DNA from: an uncultured Chloroflexia bacterium
Lineage (GTDB): Bacteria; Chloroflexota; Anaerolineae; CG2-30-64-16
Direction of reading: 5' to 3'
DNA length: 64,000 nucleotides
Assembly (NCBI GenBank): GCA_963810095.1
Contig: CAWEMM010000012.1
Coordinates: forward strand, 160,001 to 224,000
Below the pieces are notes generated by a model. It ran no database searches. It was given only the letters and a program-made list of their open reading frames with translations, and was not told where the DNA came from. The position numbers and the translations under genes were made by a program. Positions within the stretch are counted from its first letter, which is position 1. Every line of letters starts with the position of its first letter. Positions 10,824 to 20,166 of the stretch are shown here, piece after piece.

Positions 10824-12413
10824 ATGACCACGACAACAGACGCCGTTACCGAGCCCGGCGCTGCCGCCAACCCGCCCGGCACGCTGGAGATTCGCAACGT
10901 CAGCAAGGCGTTCCCTAATGTCCAGGCGCTCGGCGATGTCTCGCTCGACATTCGCCCCGGCGAAATCCTGGCCTTCATGGGCGAAAACGGCGCCGGCAAG
11001 TCTACCTTGCTCAAGATCATCAACGGCGACTACCGGCCGGACAGCGGGACGCTCACGATCGACGGCCAGCGCCTCGCCTTCTCCAGCCCGCGCGAGGCGC
11101 ACAAAGCGGGCGTCCGCGTCATTTACCAGGAGCCAGAAATCATTCCCGGCGTGGGCGTGGCCGAGAATATCTGGGCCGGCGAATTGCCCCGCCGTATGGG
11201 ACTCATCGACCGCAGGCGGCTCAACGAGCAGGTGAGCCGGAGCCTGGCGCAATACGGGTTCCAGGATATTCTGCCCACACACCTGCACGGCGACGAGCTT
11301 TCGTCAGCCCAACGTCAGCTCGTCGAGATCATGCGCGCCCTGAAATCCGGCCTGCGGGTCCTGGCGCTCGACGAACCCACGTCTTCCCTGACCGACGAAG
11401 AGGTGGAGCGCCTGTTCACGCTTGTCCGGCGGCTGCGCGATGAGGGCGTCGCCATCATTTACGTGTCTCACCGGATTAAAGAGATTCTGCGCCTTTGCGA
11501 CCGCGTCGCCATTCTTCGCGACGGGCAGCTCGTGGCTGTTCGTCCTGCCGCCGGCCTCACCGATGCAGAGATTGTGCGCCTGATGGTGGGGCGCGAGCTG
11601 TCCGATGTCTTCCAGCGGCACCGGGCCGGCTCGGATGACGAAGTGCTGCGGGTCAGCGAGCTCAGCAGCAACTGGCATCAGAACGTCAGCTTCCGCATCA
11701 ACGCGGGAGAGGTGGTCGGCTTTGCCGGCCTGGTCGGCGCAGGCCGCACGGAGCTGGCAAAAGTGATCTTCGGCGAGCTGCCAAAGTCGAAAGGGCGCAT
11801 CACGCTCGACGGCAAGGACGTGGCTATCCACCGGCCCGACGATGCCATTGCGAAGGGAATTGGTTTCGCGCCCGAAGACCGGAAGCGCGAAGGACTCGTG
11901 TTGATCCGCAGCGTGCTTGAAAACGCCTCCCTGGCGATCCTGCCCCAGCTCACCCGCTTTCACTTCGTCCGCCAACGCCTCGAGCGCTCCATTGCGTCCT
12001 CGTTTATCGAGCGCTTACGCGTCCGCACTCCCTCGCTCGAACAGGAGGTTGGCAAGCTGTCGGGCGGCAACCAGCAGAAAGTGGTCCTGGCGCGATGGCT
12101 GGCAGCCAAGCCGAAGCTCCTGATCCTCGACGAGCCGACGCGCGGCATCGACGTCGGCGCGAAGGCCGAAATCTACCGCCTGATCGACGATCTCGCCAAC
12201 CAGGGATTGGGGATCATGCTGATTAGCTCCGAGCTGCCGGAGATCCTCGGCCTCTCGGACCGTATCTACGTCATGCAGCAGGGTCGGATTACCGGCGAGC
12301 TTGCCGGACCGGACGCGACCGAGGAAAAAGTCCTGGCGCTGGCGATGGCCGACCAACTCAGTGCGGCTCCGGGCGGAGCCGCCACCACCTCGCTCGAGAG
12401 GAGCGCAGCATGA
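10824..12413 (+). CDS. Sugar ABC transporter ATP-binding protein (CUT2, AraG/RbsA-type)
   Basis: Walker A GENGAGKS; 'LDEPTSSL'; second NBD 'LSGGNQQKVVLARW...LDEPTRGIDVGAK'. Confidence 0.93.
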   Translation: MTTTTDAVTEPGAAANPPGTLEIRNVSKAFPNVQALGDVSLDIRPGEILAFMGENGAGKSTLLKIINGDYRPDSGTLTIDGQRLAFSSPREAHKAGVRVIYQEPEIIPGVGVAENIWAGELPRRMGLIDRRRLNEQVSRSLAQYGFQDILPTHLHGDELSSAQRQLVEIMRALKSGLRVLALDEPTSSLTDEEVERLFTLVRRLRDEGVAIIYVSHRIKEILRLCDRVAILRDGQLVAVRPAAGLTDAEIVRLMVGRELSDVFQRHRAGSDDEVLRVSELSSNWHQNVSFRINAGEVVGFAGLVGAGRTELAKVIFGELPKSKGRITLDGKDVAIHRPDDAIAKGIGFAPEDRKREGLVLIRSVLENASLAILPQLTRFHFVRQRLERSIASSFIERLRVRTPSLEQEVGKLSGGNQQKVVLARWLAAKPKLLILDEPTRGIDVGAKAEIYRLIDDLANQGLGIMLISSELPEILGLSDRIYVMQQGRITGELAGPDATEEKVLALAMADQLSAAPGGAATTSLERSAA

Positions 12414-13546
12414 GCAGCACAAGTACCACCAACCCCATTGCCCCCGCGCGCCCCGGCGGCGCGCTCCGGCGTCTGATTGCCTGGATCGGGGCCGACAATC
12501 TCTCGCTCATATTCGCCCTGGTTGTCCTCGTGCTGTTGGTCACGGTCGTCAGCCGTTGGTTCGGGTTGGAGGGAGGCACGAAGTTCTTCTCCTGGCAGAA
12601 CCTCATGAACAGCCTCGCACAGGCCATCGTGATCGTGGGGTTGCTGGCCATCGGCGAGACCGTGGTCATCGTGGCGGGAGCGCTCGACATTTCGGTCGGC
12701 TCCATCGCCTCGGTTGGCTCGGTGACGGCCGCGTCGGTGCTGGTCGGGGTCGGTATAGGCTCCACCCTGGGCTTCCTGCCAACCGGCAGCGTCGTCATCG
12801 CGGTCCTTGCGGGCATCCTCGCCGGCGCACTGTGCGGGGTAGTCAACGGCCTCATCGTCACCCAGCTGCGTGTGAACCCCATCATCGCCACCCTGGGCAC
12901 CCTGGCCGCGTTCGCCGGCTTCGCCTTCCTGCTCGCGCCGGACGGCAAACCGGTCGGCGTGCTGACGCAGCCCGAGTTCACCTGGCTGGCCCAGGGCCGC
13001 TTCCTGACTTCGGTGTCGGTGCCCCCGCTTGGCGGCGCTAAGTGGACGGGCATCCCTGTCCTGACGGTGATCCTGGTCATCGTCGCCGCGCTCGTTCACG
13101 TCATCATGACCTACACCGACTTCGGCCGTGCCATCTATGCCATCGGCGGCAATGCCACCGCGGCACGTCTTGCAGGCATTAACCTGTCGCGCGTGCGCAT
13201 CCTTATGTACGTCCTGTCAGGCAGCATCGCGGGCCTCGCCGGCGTCCTGCTGACCGCTCGCACCACTTCCGGCAACCCGGTCAACGGCACGGGCCTCGAG
13301 TTGCAGGCCATTACGGCGGTCTTTCTGGGCGGCGCCGCGACCGCGGGCGGCAGGGGCACGATCTTTGGCACCTTCCTGGCCGTCATCTTGGTCGGCGTCC
13401 TCAACAACGGCATGAATCTGCTGGGTTTCAACACGTTTGTCCAGCGCATCGCCCTCGGCTTCCTCCTGGTTGCGGCTGTGGCGATCTCTCAATGGCGCCA
13501 GGCGCACGCCGAGCGCGTCCGCACCAGCATCGCCGCACGCGGCTAG
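12410..13546 (+). CDS. Sugar ABC transporter permease (BPD_transp_2)
   Basis: 'LDISVGS', 'GRAIYAIGGN..AARLAGI', 'LELQAITAVFLGG'; 4-nt overlap with the ATPase gene. Confidence 0.92.
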   Translation: MSSTSTTNPIAPARPGGALRRLIAWIGADNLSLIFALVVLVLLVTVVSRWFGLEGGTKFFSWQNLMNSLAQAIVIVGLLAIGETVVIVAGALDISVGSIASVGSVTAASVLVGVGIGSTLGFLPTGSVVIAVLAGILAGALCGVVNGLIVTQLRVNPIIATLGTLAAFAGFAFLLAPDGKPVGVLTQPEFTWLAQGRFLTSVSVPPLGGAKWTGIPVLTVILVIVAALVHVIMTYTDFGRAIYAIGGNATAARLAGINLSRVRILMYVLSGSIAGLAGVLLTARTTSGNPVNGTGLELQAITAVFLGGAATAGGRGTIFGTFLAVILVGVLNNGMNLLGFNTFVQRIALGFLLVAAVAISQWRQAHAERVRTSIAARG

Positions 13547-13555
13547 GCCAGGAGG

Positions 13556-14827
13556 ATGAACATGAATTCACGGGAGCGTGTCGACGCGGCCCTGTCGCAC
13601 CGGGAGGGCGACCGCATTCCGCTGGACCTCGGCGGCTGCGGCCAGACCGGGATGCACGTCACGACCGTCTACAAGCTGCGGCAGGCGCTGGGACTGGACG
13701 TGCCGGGCACGCCCGTCAAGGTCATCGAGCCGTACCAGATGTTGGGCGAGATTGCGCCGGACTTGCAGGATCGCCTGGGCGTCGACGTCGTCGGCGCGAG
13801 CGCTCCCGGCACCCTGTTCGGGTTTCGCAACGAAGACTGGAAGCCGTGGACCTTCTGGGACGGCACGCCGGTGCTGGTTCCCGGCAAGTTCAATACGGAG
13901 CCCGACGAAAACGGGAACCTGCTCATGTACGTGGACGGCGACCGCAGTGCCCCGCCATCCGCCACGATGCCCCGCGGCGGCTTCTACTTTGACTCGCTCA
14001 TCCGGCAGGAGCCGATTGACGAGGCGCAGCTCGACCCGGAAGACAACGCGTCTGACTATGAACCCATCTCGGCGGAGGACCTGGCGCATCTGCGCGGCGA
14101 GGCGGAGCGGCTGCACCGTGAGACCGGCCGAGCGCTGATGATGGTCTTCCCGGGCGCCGGCTTCGGCGATATCGCGTTGGTGCCGGGACCGTGGGTGAAG
14201 CGCCCCCGCGGCATCCGCGACATCGCCGAGTGGTACGTGAGCACCGCCACCCGCAAGGACTACGTGACGAAGGTTTTCGAGCGCCAGTGCGAGGTTGCTC
14301 TAGGCAACCTGCCGCGGGTGTACGAGGCCGTAGGGGACCGGGTGACGGTGGCCTGGATCAGCGGGACGGACTTCGGCGCCCAGAACGGCTGCCTGATTTC
14401 GCCGCGCGCGTTCCGCACGCTCTACAAGCCGTTCTACAAGGCCATCAACGACTGGGTTCACGAGCACACGCCGTGGAAGACATTCATCCACACCTGCGGC
14501 TCGATCCAGCCGCTCATCCCAGATATCGTCGAAGCGGGCTTCGACATCCTCAATCCCGTGCAAACCTCAGCCGCAAACATGGGCCCGGCCGACCTGAAGG
14601 CGCGCTACGGTGACCAGGTCACGTTCTGGGGCGGCGGCGTCGACACGCAGCGCACCCTGCCGTTCGGAACGCCCGAGGAGGTGGCCGCAGAAGTGCGCGA
14701 GCGGCTCGGAATCTTCGGCAAAGGCGGCGGATTCGTCTTCAGCACCGTCCACAACGTCCAGGCGAACGTGCCGGTCGAAAACCTGCTGGCAATGTACGAC
14801 ACCGTGCGCGAGTACGGGGGCTACTGA
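13556..14827 (+). CDS. Uroporphyrinogen decarboxylase / MtaA-CmuA methyltransferase family protein
   Basis: 'SRERV..AL.H.E.DRIP'; 'GTDFGAQ'; metal-binding 'HTCG'; 'GGVDTQRTLPFGTPEEV'; 'FSTVHN'. Confidence 0.85.
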   Translation: MNMNSRERVDAALSHREGDRIPLDLGGCGQTGMHVTTVYKLRQALGLDVPGTPVKVIEPYQMLGEIAPDLQDRLGVDVVGASAPGTLFGFRNEDWKPWTFWDGTPVLVPGKFNTEPDENGNLLMYVDGDRSAPPSATMPRGGFYFDSLIRQEPIDEAQLDPEDNASDYEPISAEDLAHLRGEAERLHRETGRALMMVFPGAGFGDIALVPGPWVKRPRGIRDIAEWYVSTATRKDYVTKVFERQCEVALGNLPRVYEAVGDRVTVAWISGTDFGAQNGCLISPRAFRTLYKPFYKAINDWVHEHTPWKTFIHTCGSIQPLIPDIVEAGFDILNPVQTSAANMGPADLKARYGDQVTFWGGGVDTQRTLPFGTPEEVAAEVRERLGIFGKGGGFVFSTVHNVQANVPVENLLAMYDTVREYGGY

Positions 14828-15057
14828 GCCGGACCCCTGCCGGTTGCACCGGCGCCTCGATTGAGCCGCGCTGAGCCTTGGCCGCGCGGCTCCTGTCGAC
14901 ATCCACGCCCGCTGCCGTTAGGGGCAGCGGGCGTGCTAGTTAAGCCAGTCGACGGCCAGTCGGACGCCGGTCGGGTGCGACCTTTCTCGCTGCCCTCGTG
15001 CCGCCCCCGTGCTATCCTGTGTTTCAATAGGTCAATCTGCAACCGGTGAGAAGTGTC

Positions 15058-16317
15058 ATGAGCGAAATCATCAACAACCGGCGCCAGCGCGTCGAAATCA
15101 TGAAGAGCCTGATCCGCCAGCTCCATTCGGGCGAGGCGGAAGAACGTGTGAAATCGCAACTGGAAACCATGCTGGACGAGGCGGACTACAGCGACGTCTT
15201 CCTCATGGAAGTGCAGCTCGTCCAAGAGGGCATCCCCGCCGAGAGCATTCAGAAGCTCTGCGACACGCACACCCGCGTCCTCAAGCGCCACCTCGACTTG
15301 CAGGAAACGCCGGAAACCATCCCCGGCCACCCGGTGCATACCTTTGTCCAGGAGAACCGCGAGCTGGTCCGCACGGGGGCGCGGGTTCGCCTGCTGATGC
15401 GCCAGATGGAGGCGCTGCCCGACGAGGCGGACGCGACCGACGCCATGCGCGATATCCAGGGTCTGCTCAACAATCTCATGGATGCGGACAAGCACTACCG
15501 GCGCAAGGAATACCTGTTGTTCCCCTACTTCGAGAAAAACGACCTGCCCGGCCCGCCCATGGTGATGTGGGGCAAGCACGACGAGATTCGGACGACGCTG
15601 CGCGAAACGATTGCCGGCCTGCAGGAGATCGAAACCATCACCGCGGCCGAAGCCAGGGCCTACTACCTGTTTACCATCGCGCCGGCGCTCGAAGCCGTAG
15701 ACGACATGGTCTACAAGGAAGAGAAGATCCTCTACCCCACTGCGCTGGACCTGCTGACCGAGCAAGACTGGTACGAGATTTATATCCAGAGCGACGAGTA
15801 CGGCTATTGCCTGTATGCTCCACAGTTCGAGTGGGCGCCCGAAGGGGGTGTGCACACGGAAATCCGGAAGCCGGCAGCCGCGGGCGGTCGGGTGCAAATG
15901 CCCACCGGGAGCTTTTCGCTCGACGAGCTGATCGCCACGTTCAGCGCCCTCCCCTTTGACCTGACCTTCGTCGATGCGGAGGACACGGTACGCTACTTCA
16001 GCCCCGGCAAGGATCGCATCTTCGACCGGTCACGCGCCATCCTGGGGCGGAAGGTCCAGTATTGCCACCCGCCCAAGAGCGTTCACATCGTCAACCAGAT
16101 CGTCAAGGACTTCAAGGCGGGCAAGGAGGACCGGGCGCGCTTCTGGATCAACATGGGCGGCCGGCTGATCTACATCTGCTATTACGCGGTGCGCGATGCA
16201 AAGGGGGCCTACCTGGGCACGCTGGAGGTCACGCAGGACCTGAGCGAGGTGCGCCAGCTCGAAGGAGAGCGCCGGCTCCTGACGTACGACGCAGCGCTGC
16301 AGGCCGAAGGGGCATAG
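15058..16317 (+). CDS. DUF438 + hemerythrin-like + PAS domain protein
   Basis: 'LCDTH', 'GHPVHTF..EN', 'HYRRKEYLLFPY', 'VMWGKHDEIR', 'KEEKILYP'; C-terminal PAS_10 'YCHPPKSVHIV'. Confidence 0.85.
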   Translation: MSEIINNRRQRVEIMKSLIRQLHSGEAEERVKSQLETMLDEADYSDVFLMEVQLVQEGIPAESIQKLCDTHTRVLKRHLDLQETPETIPGHPVHTFVQENRELVRTGARVRLLMRQMEALPDEADATDAMRDIQGLLNNLMDADKHYRRKEYLLFPYFEKNDLPGPPMVMWGKHDEIRTTLRETIAGLQEIETITAAEARAYYLFTIAPALEAVDDMVYKEEKILYPTALDLLTEQDWYEIYIQSDEYGYCLYAPQFEWAPEGGVHTEIRKPAAAGGRVQMPTGSFSLDELIATFSALPFDLTFVDAEDTVRYFSPGKDRIFDRSRAILGRKVQYCHPPKSVHIVNQIVKDFKAGKEDRARFWINMGGRLIYICYYAVRDAKGAYLGTLEVTQDLSEVRQLEGERRLLTYDAALQAEGA

Positions 16318-16319
16318 CC

Positions 16320-16847
16320 ATGGAGATCACCAGACGCAGCAGGCTCCTCGACGTGCTGAAGGCGTACCCCTTCCTGGAAGAACAGATCGTCGAGATCGCG
16401 CCGCCCTTCAAGAACCTGCGAAACCCGATTCTGCGCCGCACGGTCGGCCAGCTTGCTACGATCGAGCAGGTAGCCCAAATTGGGGGGATCGACGTGGTTG
16501 GCCTGGTGAACCGCCTGCGCCGCGCCGCCGGTCAAGCCGAGGTCGTCGAGACGCCTCGCTCGCTCCCCCAGCCAGACCACTTGGAGGGTGACCCCGACTG
16601 GATCGCCGGCGCGCCCGCCCACACAGTCGACGGCGACCGCCTGCTGGCCGATGGCGAAGTGCCGCTGGAGCACGTCAACCAACTGCTGGCCGGCGTCCCA
16701 GCGGACGGCCACATCCTCCTCGTGACCGAGTTCGAGCCCACGCCCATCATCGACGCCATGCGCAAGCAGCGCCGGCCTGTGCACCACAGCCAGGCGCCCG
16801 ACGGTGCGGGCCGGCACTACACCTACATTGGTGGCGCCGGTAAGTGA
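16320..16847 (+). CDS. DUF1858 / DUF2249-type domain protein
   Basis: Start MEIT at 16320; 'LLDVLKAYPFLEE...PFKNLRNPILRRTV...ATIEQVAQIGG' DUF1858; 'FEPTPIID' DUF2249-like. Confidence 0.7.
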   Translation: MEITRRSRLLDVLKAYPFLEEQIVEIAPPFKNLRNPILRRTVGQLATIEQVAQIGGIDVVGLVNRLRRAAGQAEVVETPRSLPQPDHLEGDPDWIAGAPAHTVDGDRLLADGEVPLEHVNQLLAGVPADGHILLVTEFEPTPIIDAMRKQRRPVHHSQAPDGAGRHYTYIGGAGK

Positions 16848-16858
16848 TACACTCGCGG

Positions 16859-16880
16859 GGGGCCGGTCTCTGACCGTGCC
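16859..16880. repeat. REP-like repeat GGGGCCGGTCTCTGACCGTG (other copies at 25301-25327 inverted and 37978-38051)
   Basis: Near-identical motif at three intergenic sites. Confidence 0.6.
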
Positions 16881-17088
16881 CCCCGCTAATTCCCGGATAG
16901 AACCCAAAGCCTACCCTCCCGGGTCACACGCCTCCCGGATCCTCCCAACGATAACAATTCACAACATCTTCACAGCCCGCACACCGGACCTTCGCTACAC
17001 CCCTGTAGCATAGGATCAGTGACACCTGCGGCGGCCTCCCACCTTCGCACCGCTGCGCCGGCAATCCAGTCACTGCTGTGGAGAGAGA

Positions 17089-18000
17089 ATGACCACGATC
17101 GTTCGCACACCTACATTCGGCAAAGTGAAGCCCCGCCGTAAGGGCCTGGCCGGGCTATTGACCCACCACACGTTCCGAAGGCTCACGCAGCTGGGCGTGT
17201 TCCTGTTCATCTTCGTCATGGCCGTTCGCCACGCAGTCGTGGGCGAGAACGGCGCCATCACGACCGCCTCCTGGGAGGCCTACTGCCCGTTCGGCGGCTT
17301 GGAAGGCCTGTATACCTTCGTCGCGTCGGGCGGCAAGACGGTCCCCCACGTCCACCTCTCGAACTTCGTCGTCCTGTTCGCCACGCTGGCCGTCGCGCTA
17401 ATCGCCCGCAATAGCTTCTGCGGCTGGCTGTGCCCGTTCGGGTTCATTCAAGACATGGTCAGCCGGTTCTCTGCGTTCGTGCAAAAGAAGGTGCGCCCGG
17501 TCCGCATGGCGGTTAAGACCCTGAAGACCCGCGGCAAGAAGCTCGCGGTGCTCGATCGCTACCTCCGGTTCCTCAAGTACGGCGTGCTCGCCTGGACGGT
17601 CATCGCGACTGCGGTTTATGGCTTCATGGTGTTTCGCGACGTGGACCCCTGGGCCGGGCTCTGGGGGCTGCTCGAGCTCAGTTTCGGACTCGGGACGCTC
17701 GTGTTGATCATCGTGCTCATCGCATCGCTCTTTGTCGAGCGGCCCTGGTGCCGCTATGCCTGCCCGCTCGGCGCGGCCACCGGGCTGGTGGGCAAGCTGA
17801 GCCCGTTCTATCTCAAGCGCGAGGCGGACGCCTGCAAGAACTGTGCGATCTGCACCAAGGCGTGTCCGATGGGGCTGCCCGTTCATGCGGCGACCACGAT
17901 CAAGAGCGTCGACTGCATCGGCTGCCTGGAGTGCGTAGACGAGTGTCCGCACAAGGGCGCGCTGGAACTGAAGCTGGGCCTGCCCATCTTCGGTAAGTAA
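17089..18000 (+). CDS. Membrane 4Fe-4S-binding protein (NapH/YccM-like)
   Basis: 'YCPFGG', 'FCGWLCPFG', 'WCRYACPLG'; two CxxCxxCxxxCP ferredoxin motifs. Confidence 0.88.
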   Translation: MTTIVRTPTFGKVKPRRKGLAGLLTHHTFRRLTQLGVFLFIFVMAVRHAVVGENGAITTASWEAYCPFGGLEGLYTFVASGGKTVPHVHLSNFVVLFATLAVALIARNSFCGWLCPFGFIQDMVSRFSAFVQKKVRPVRMAVKTLKTRGKKLAVLDRYLRFLKYGVLAWTVIATAVYGFMVFRDVDPWAGLWGLLELSFGLGTLVLIIVLIASLFVERPWCRYACPLGAATGLVGKLSPFYLKREADACKNCAICTKACPMGLPVHAATTIKSVDCIGCLECVDECPHKGALELKLGLPIFGK

Positions 18001-18020
18001 CTTGGGGCTGGAGGCACACA

Positions 18021-18353
18021 ATGAAAGTCAACCCGTTTGTGTTCGGAATCATCATCCTGGCCGTGTTCTTCGGGGTGCTCGGCGGCGCCAAAGCCGCGGG
18101 CGTGTGGTCCGTGTCGGCGAAGGTGACGTCGACAGGGGAAAGAGTCGCGCCCACCGGCCAAAGCGTCGACGAGATCAAGGGGTGGATGACCCTTGCGGAC
18201 ATCACCAAGGCCTATAACGTGACTCTGGCCGACATCGTCGCGGCGTTCGAGTTGCCTGCCGATACGTCTGAGACGGCGCAGCTTAAGAACCTGGAGAGCG
18301 AGAAGTTCTCCGTGTCCAACTTGCGAGCGTGGCTCGCCGCTCGCCAACAGTAG
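18021..18353 (+). CDS. Small exported/membrane-anchored hypothetical protein, partner of the YccM-like gene
   Basis: SD GGAGG; N-terminal TM; 'EIKGWMTL.DI...Y' motif. Confidence 0.65.
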   Translation: MKVNPFVFGIIILAVFFGVLGGAKAAGVWSVSAKVTSTGERVAPTGQSVDEIKGWMTLADITKAYNVTLADIVAAFELPADTSETAQLKNLESEKFSVSNLRAWLAARQQ

Positions 18354-18459
18354 AGCGCGGCGGCACGGGGCGGGCGTGACCCGTCCGTCCCATGCCGCGC
18401 CAAGCGCACATCTCCCCAACAGCCCGCACCATCTCCCCCAACAATGGACTGCCGCCCAC

Positions 18460-18488
18460 TTGCCATTCTATAGACCAGTCGTTATAAT
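18460..18488 (+). promoter_or_regulatory. Sigma70 promoter overlapped by an LmrA/YxaF-type operator
   Basis: TTGCCA (18460-65), 17 nt, TATAAT (18483-88); TAGACCAGTCGTTATAAT (18471-88) resembles the Bacillus LmrA/QdoR box. Confidence 0.65.
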
Positions 18489-18506
18489 AGCCTCGAGGAT
18501 ACGCAG

Positions 18507-19071
18507 ATGAGTGTACGCGAGCAAATTATCGAAACGACGTCACGCCTGCTGGAGCAGCAGGGTTACCACGCAAGCGGGTTGAACCAGATCGTCCAGGAAA
18601 GCGGCGCGCCGAAGGGGTCGCTTTACTACTATTTCCCCCTTGGCAAAGAGGAACTGACGGCCGAGGCCATTGAGCGCTCTGCCCGGGGGCTCACGACGAT
18701 CATCGAGACGGAGCTGGCGCGCTACGAGGACCCGGCTGAGGCGATCGAACAGTTCATGCACGGGCTTGCCGGGCACGTGGAAGCCTCGGAGTGCCGGGGT
18801 GGGGCGCCGATTGCGACGGTGGCTCTCGAGACGGCCGGGCGCAGCGACCGCCTGACCGCGGCGTGTCAGGCGGCCTACCAGAGCTACCAATCCGCGTTTT
18901 CCGCACGGCCTCGCGGCCGGCGGCATCGCGCCCGAGCGGGCGGCCCGGCTCGCCACGCTCCTCGTCGCCGCCATCGAAGGCGGAATCATCCTCAGCCGGA
19001 CGCAGCGCAGCGCGGACCCGCTCCGTCAGATCGCAGGAGACCTGCGCACCCTGGTCGCCCTAGCACGCTGA
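18507..19071 (+). CDS. TetR-family regulator, LmrA/YxaF-like (apparent frameshift near 18908)
   Basis: 'QGYHASGLNQIVQESGAPKGSLYYYFP.GKEEL'; C-terminus 'LVAAIEGGIILSR' in the shifted frame, stop at 19069-71. Confidence 0.85.
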
Positions 19072-19163
19072 CGTCACGCTGACGCGCTCCGGGCAGGCCG
19101 GCAGCAAGGTTCAGGACATCAGGCATAGGCCCCACAGCAAGCCACCCCGAAAGAGGAAGCATC

Positions 19164-20166
19164 ATGTCGTCGATTCTGGTCACCGGCGCCACGGGAAACG
19201 TGGGCCTGGAGGTCGTCAAGGAACTGGCAGCGGCGCGGCGCTTCCGTGGTCGCCGCGGTGATGGACGAGCGCGACACGCGCAAGCTCCCCGCGGCCGTTC
19301 GCACCGTCCCCTTCAATTTCGACCGGCCCGAGACCTTTGCGCCGGCCCTCGAGGGTATGGAGAAGCTGTTTCTGATGCGGCCGCCACAGATCGCCGACGT
19401 GGAGCGCTTCCTCCACCCGGTCATCGATGCGGCACAAGCCGCGGGCGTGCGCCAGGTCGTCTTTCTTTCGCTCATGGGCGTCAACCCGCGGGTGCCGCAC
19501 TACAAGGTCGAGCAGAAGATCCTGGCGTCAGGCCTGCCCTACACCTTCATCCGGCCCAGCTTCTACATGCAGAACCTGGACACGTTCTACCGGGACGATA
19601 TCCGGCTGCGCGACGAGATCTTCGTGCCCGCCGGCAAGGCAAAAACCAGCTTCGTCGACGTGCGAGACATCGGCGCGGTGGCCGCCATGGCGCTGACCGA
19701 GGACGGCCATGCTAACCGGGCATACACGCTAAGCGGCTCGGAAGCGCTCGACTACTACACTGTCGCCGACATCTTTTCTCACGTCCAGGGACGCCGCATC
19801 ACCTATGTCCGCCCGACCCCCGGCGAATATGCTGCCCGGCAGGTGGCGCTGGGTGTGCCCGACGAGTTCGTCAAGGTGATGCGCAGTCTGTACTGGACGG
19901 TACGGCTTGGCATCGGCGCCAAGGTAACGCCTGAGCTGGGCGAGCTGCTGGGCCGGCCGCCCGTCACCATGCAGCAATACGCCGCGAGACTTCGCGGCCC
20001 GGTTTGCGGCCGCACCCCCGGAGGAACGCGCTGTCGGCGCGCCCGCTGCCCGGCGCGGCAAAGCGGAACCTTGCTCGGCCGGTCGTCGAACTTCTGCAAT
20101 AGCGCGGCGCAGGCGCGGCGCCACGCGTCGGCCAACCTGTATGTCCCAAGCGTTCTTTCCGGCTAG
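19164..20166 (+). CDS. NmrA-like / SDR NAD(P)H-binding protein (apparent frameshifts near 19235 and 19985; 3' end uncertain)
   Basis: 'ILVTGATGNVG' Rossmann motif; 'YTFIRPSFYMQNL', 'SFVDVRDIG' in the next frame. Confidence 0.8.
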
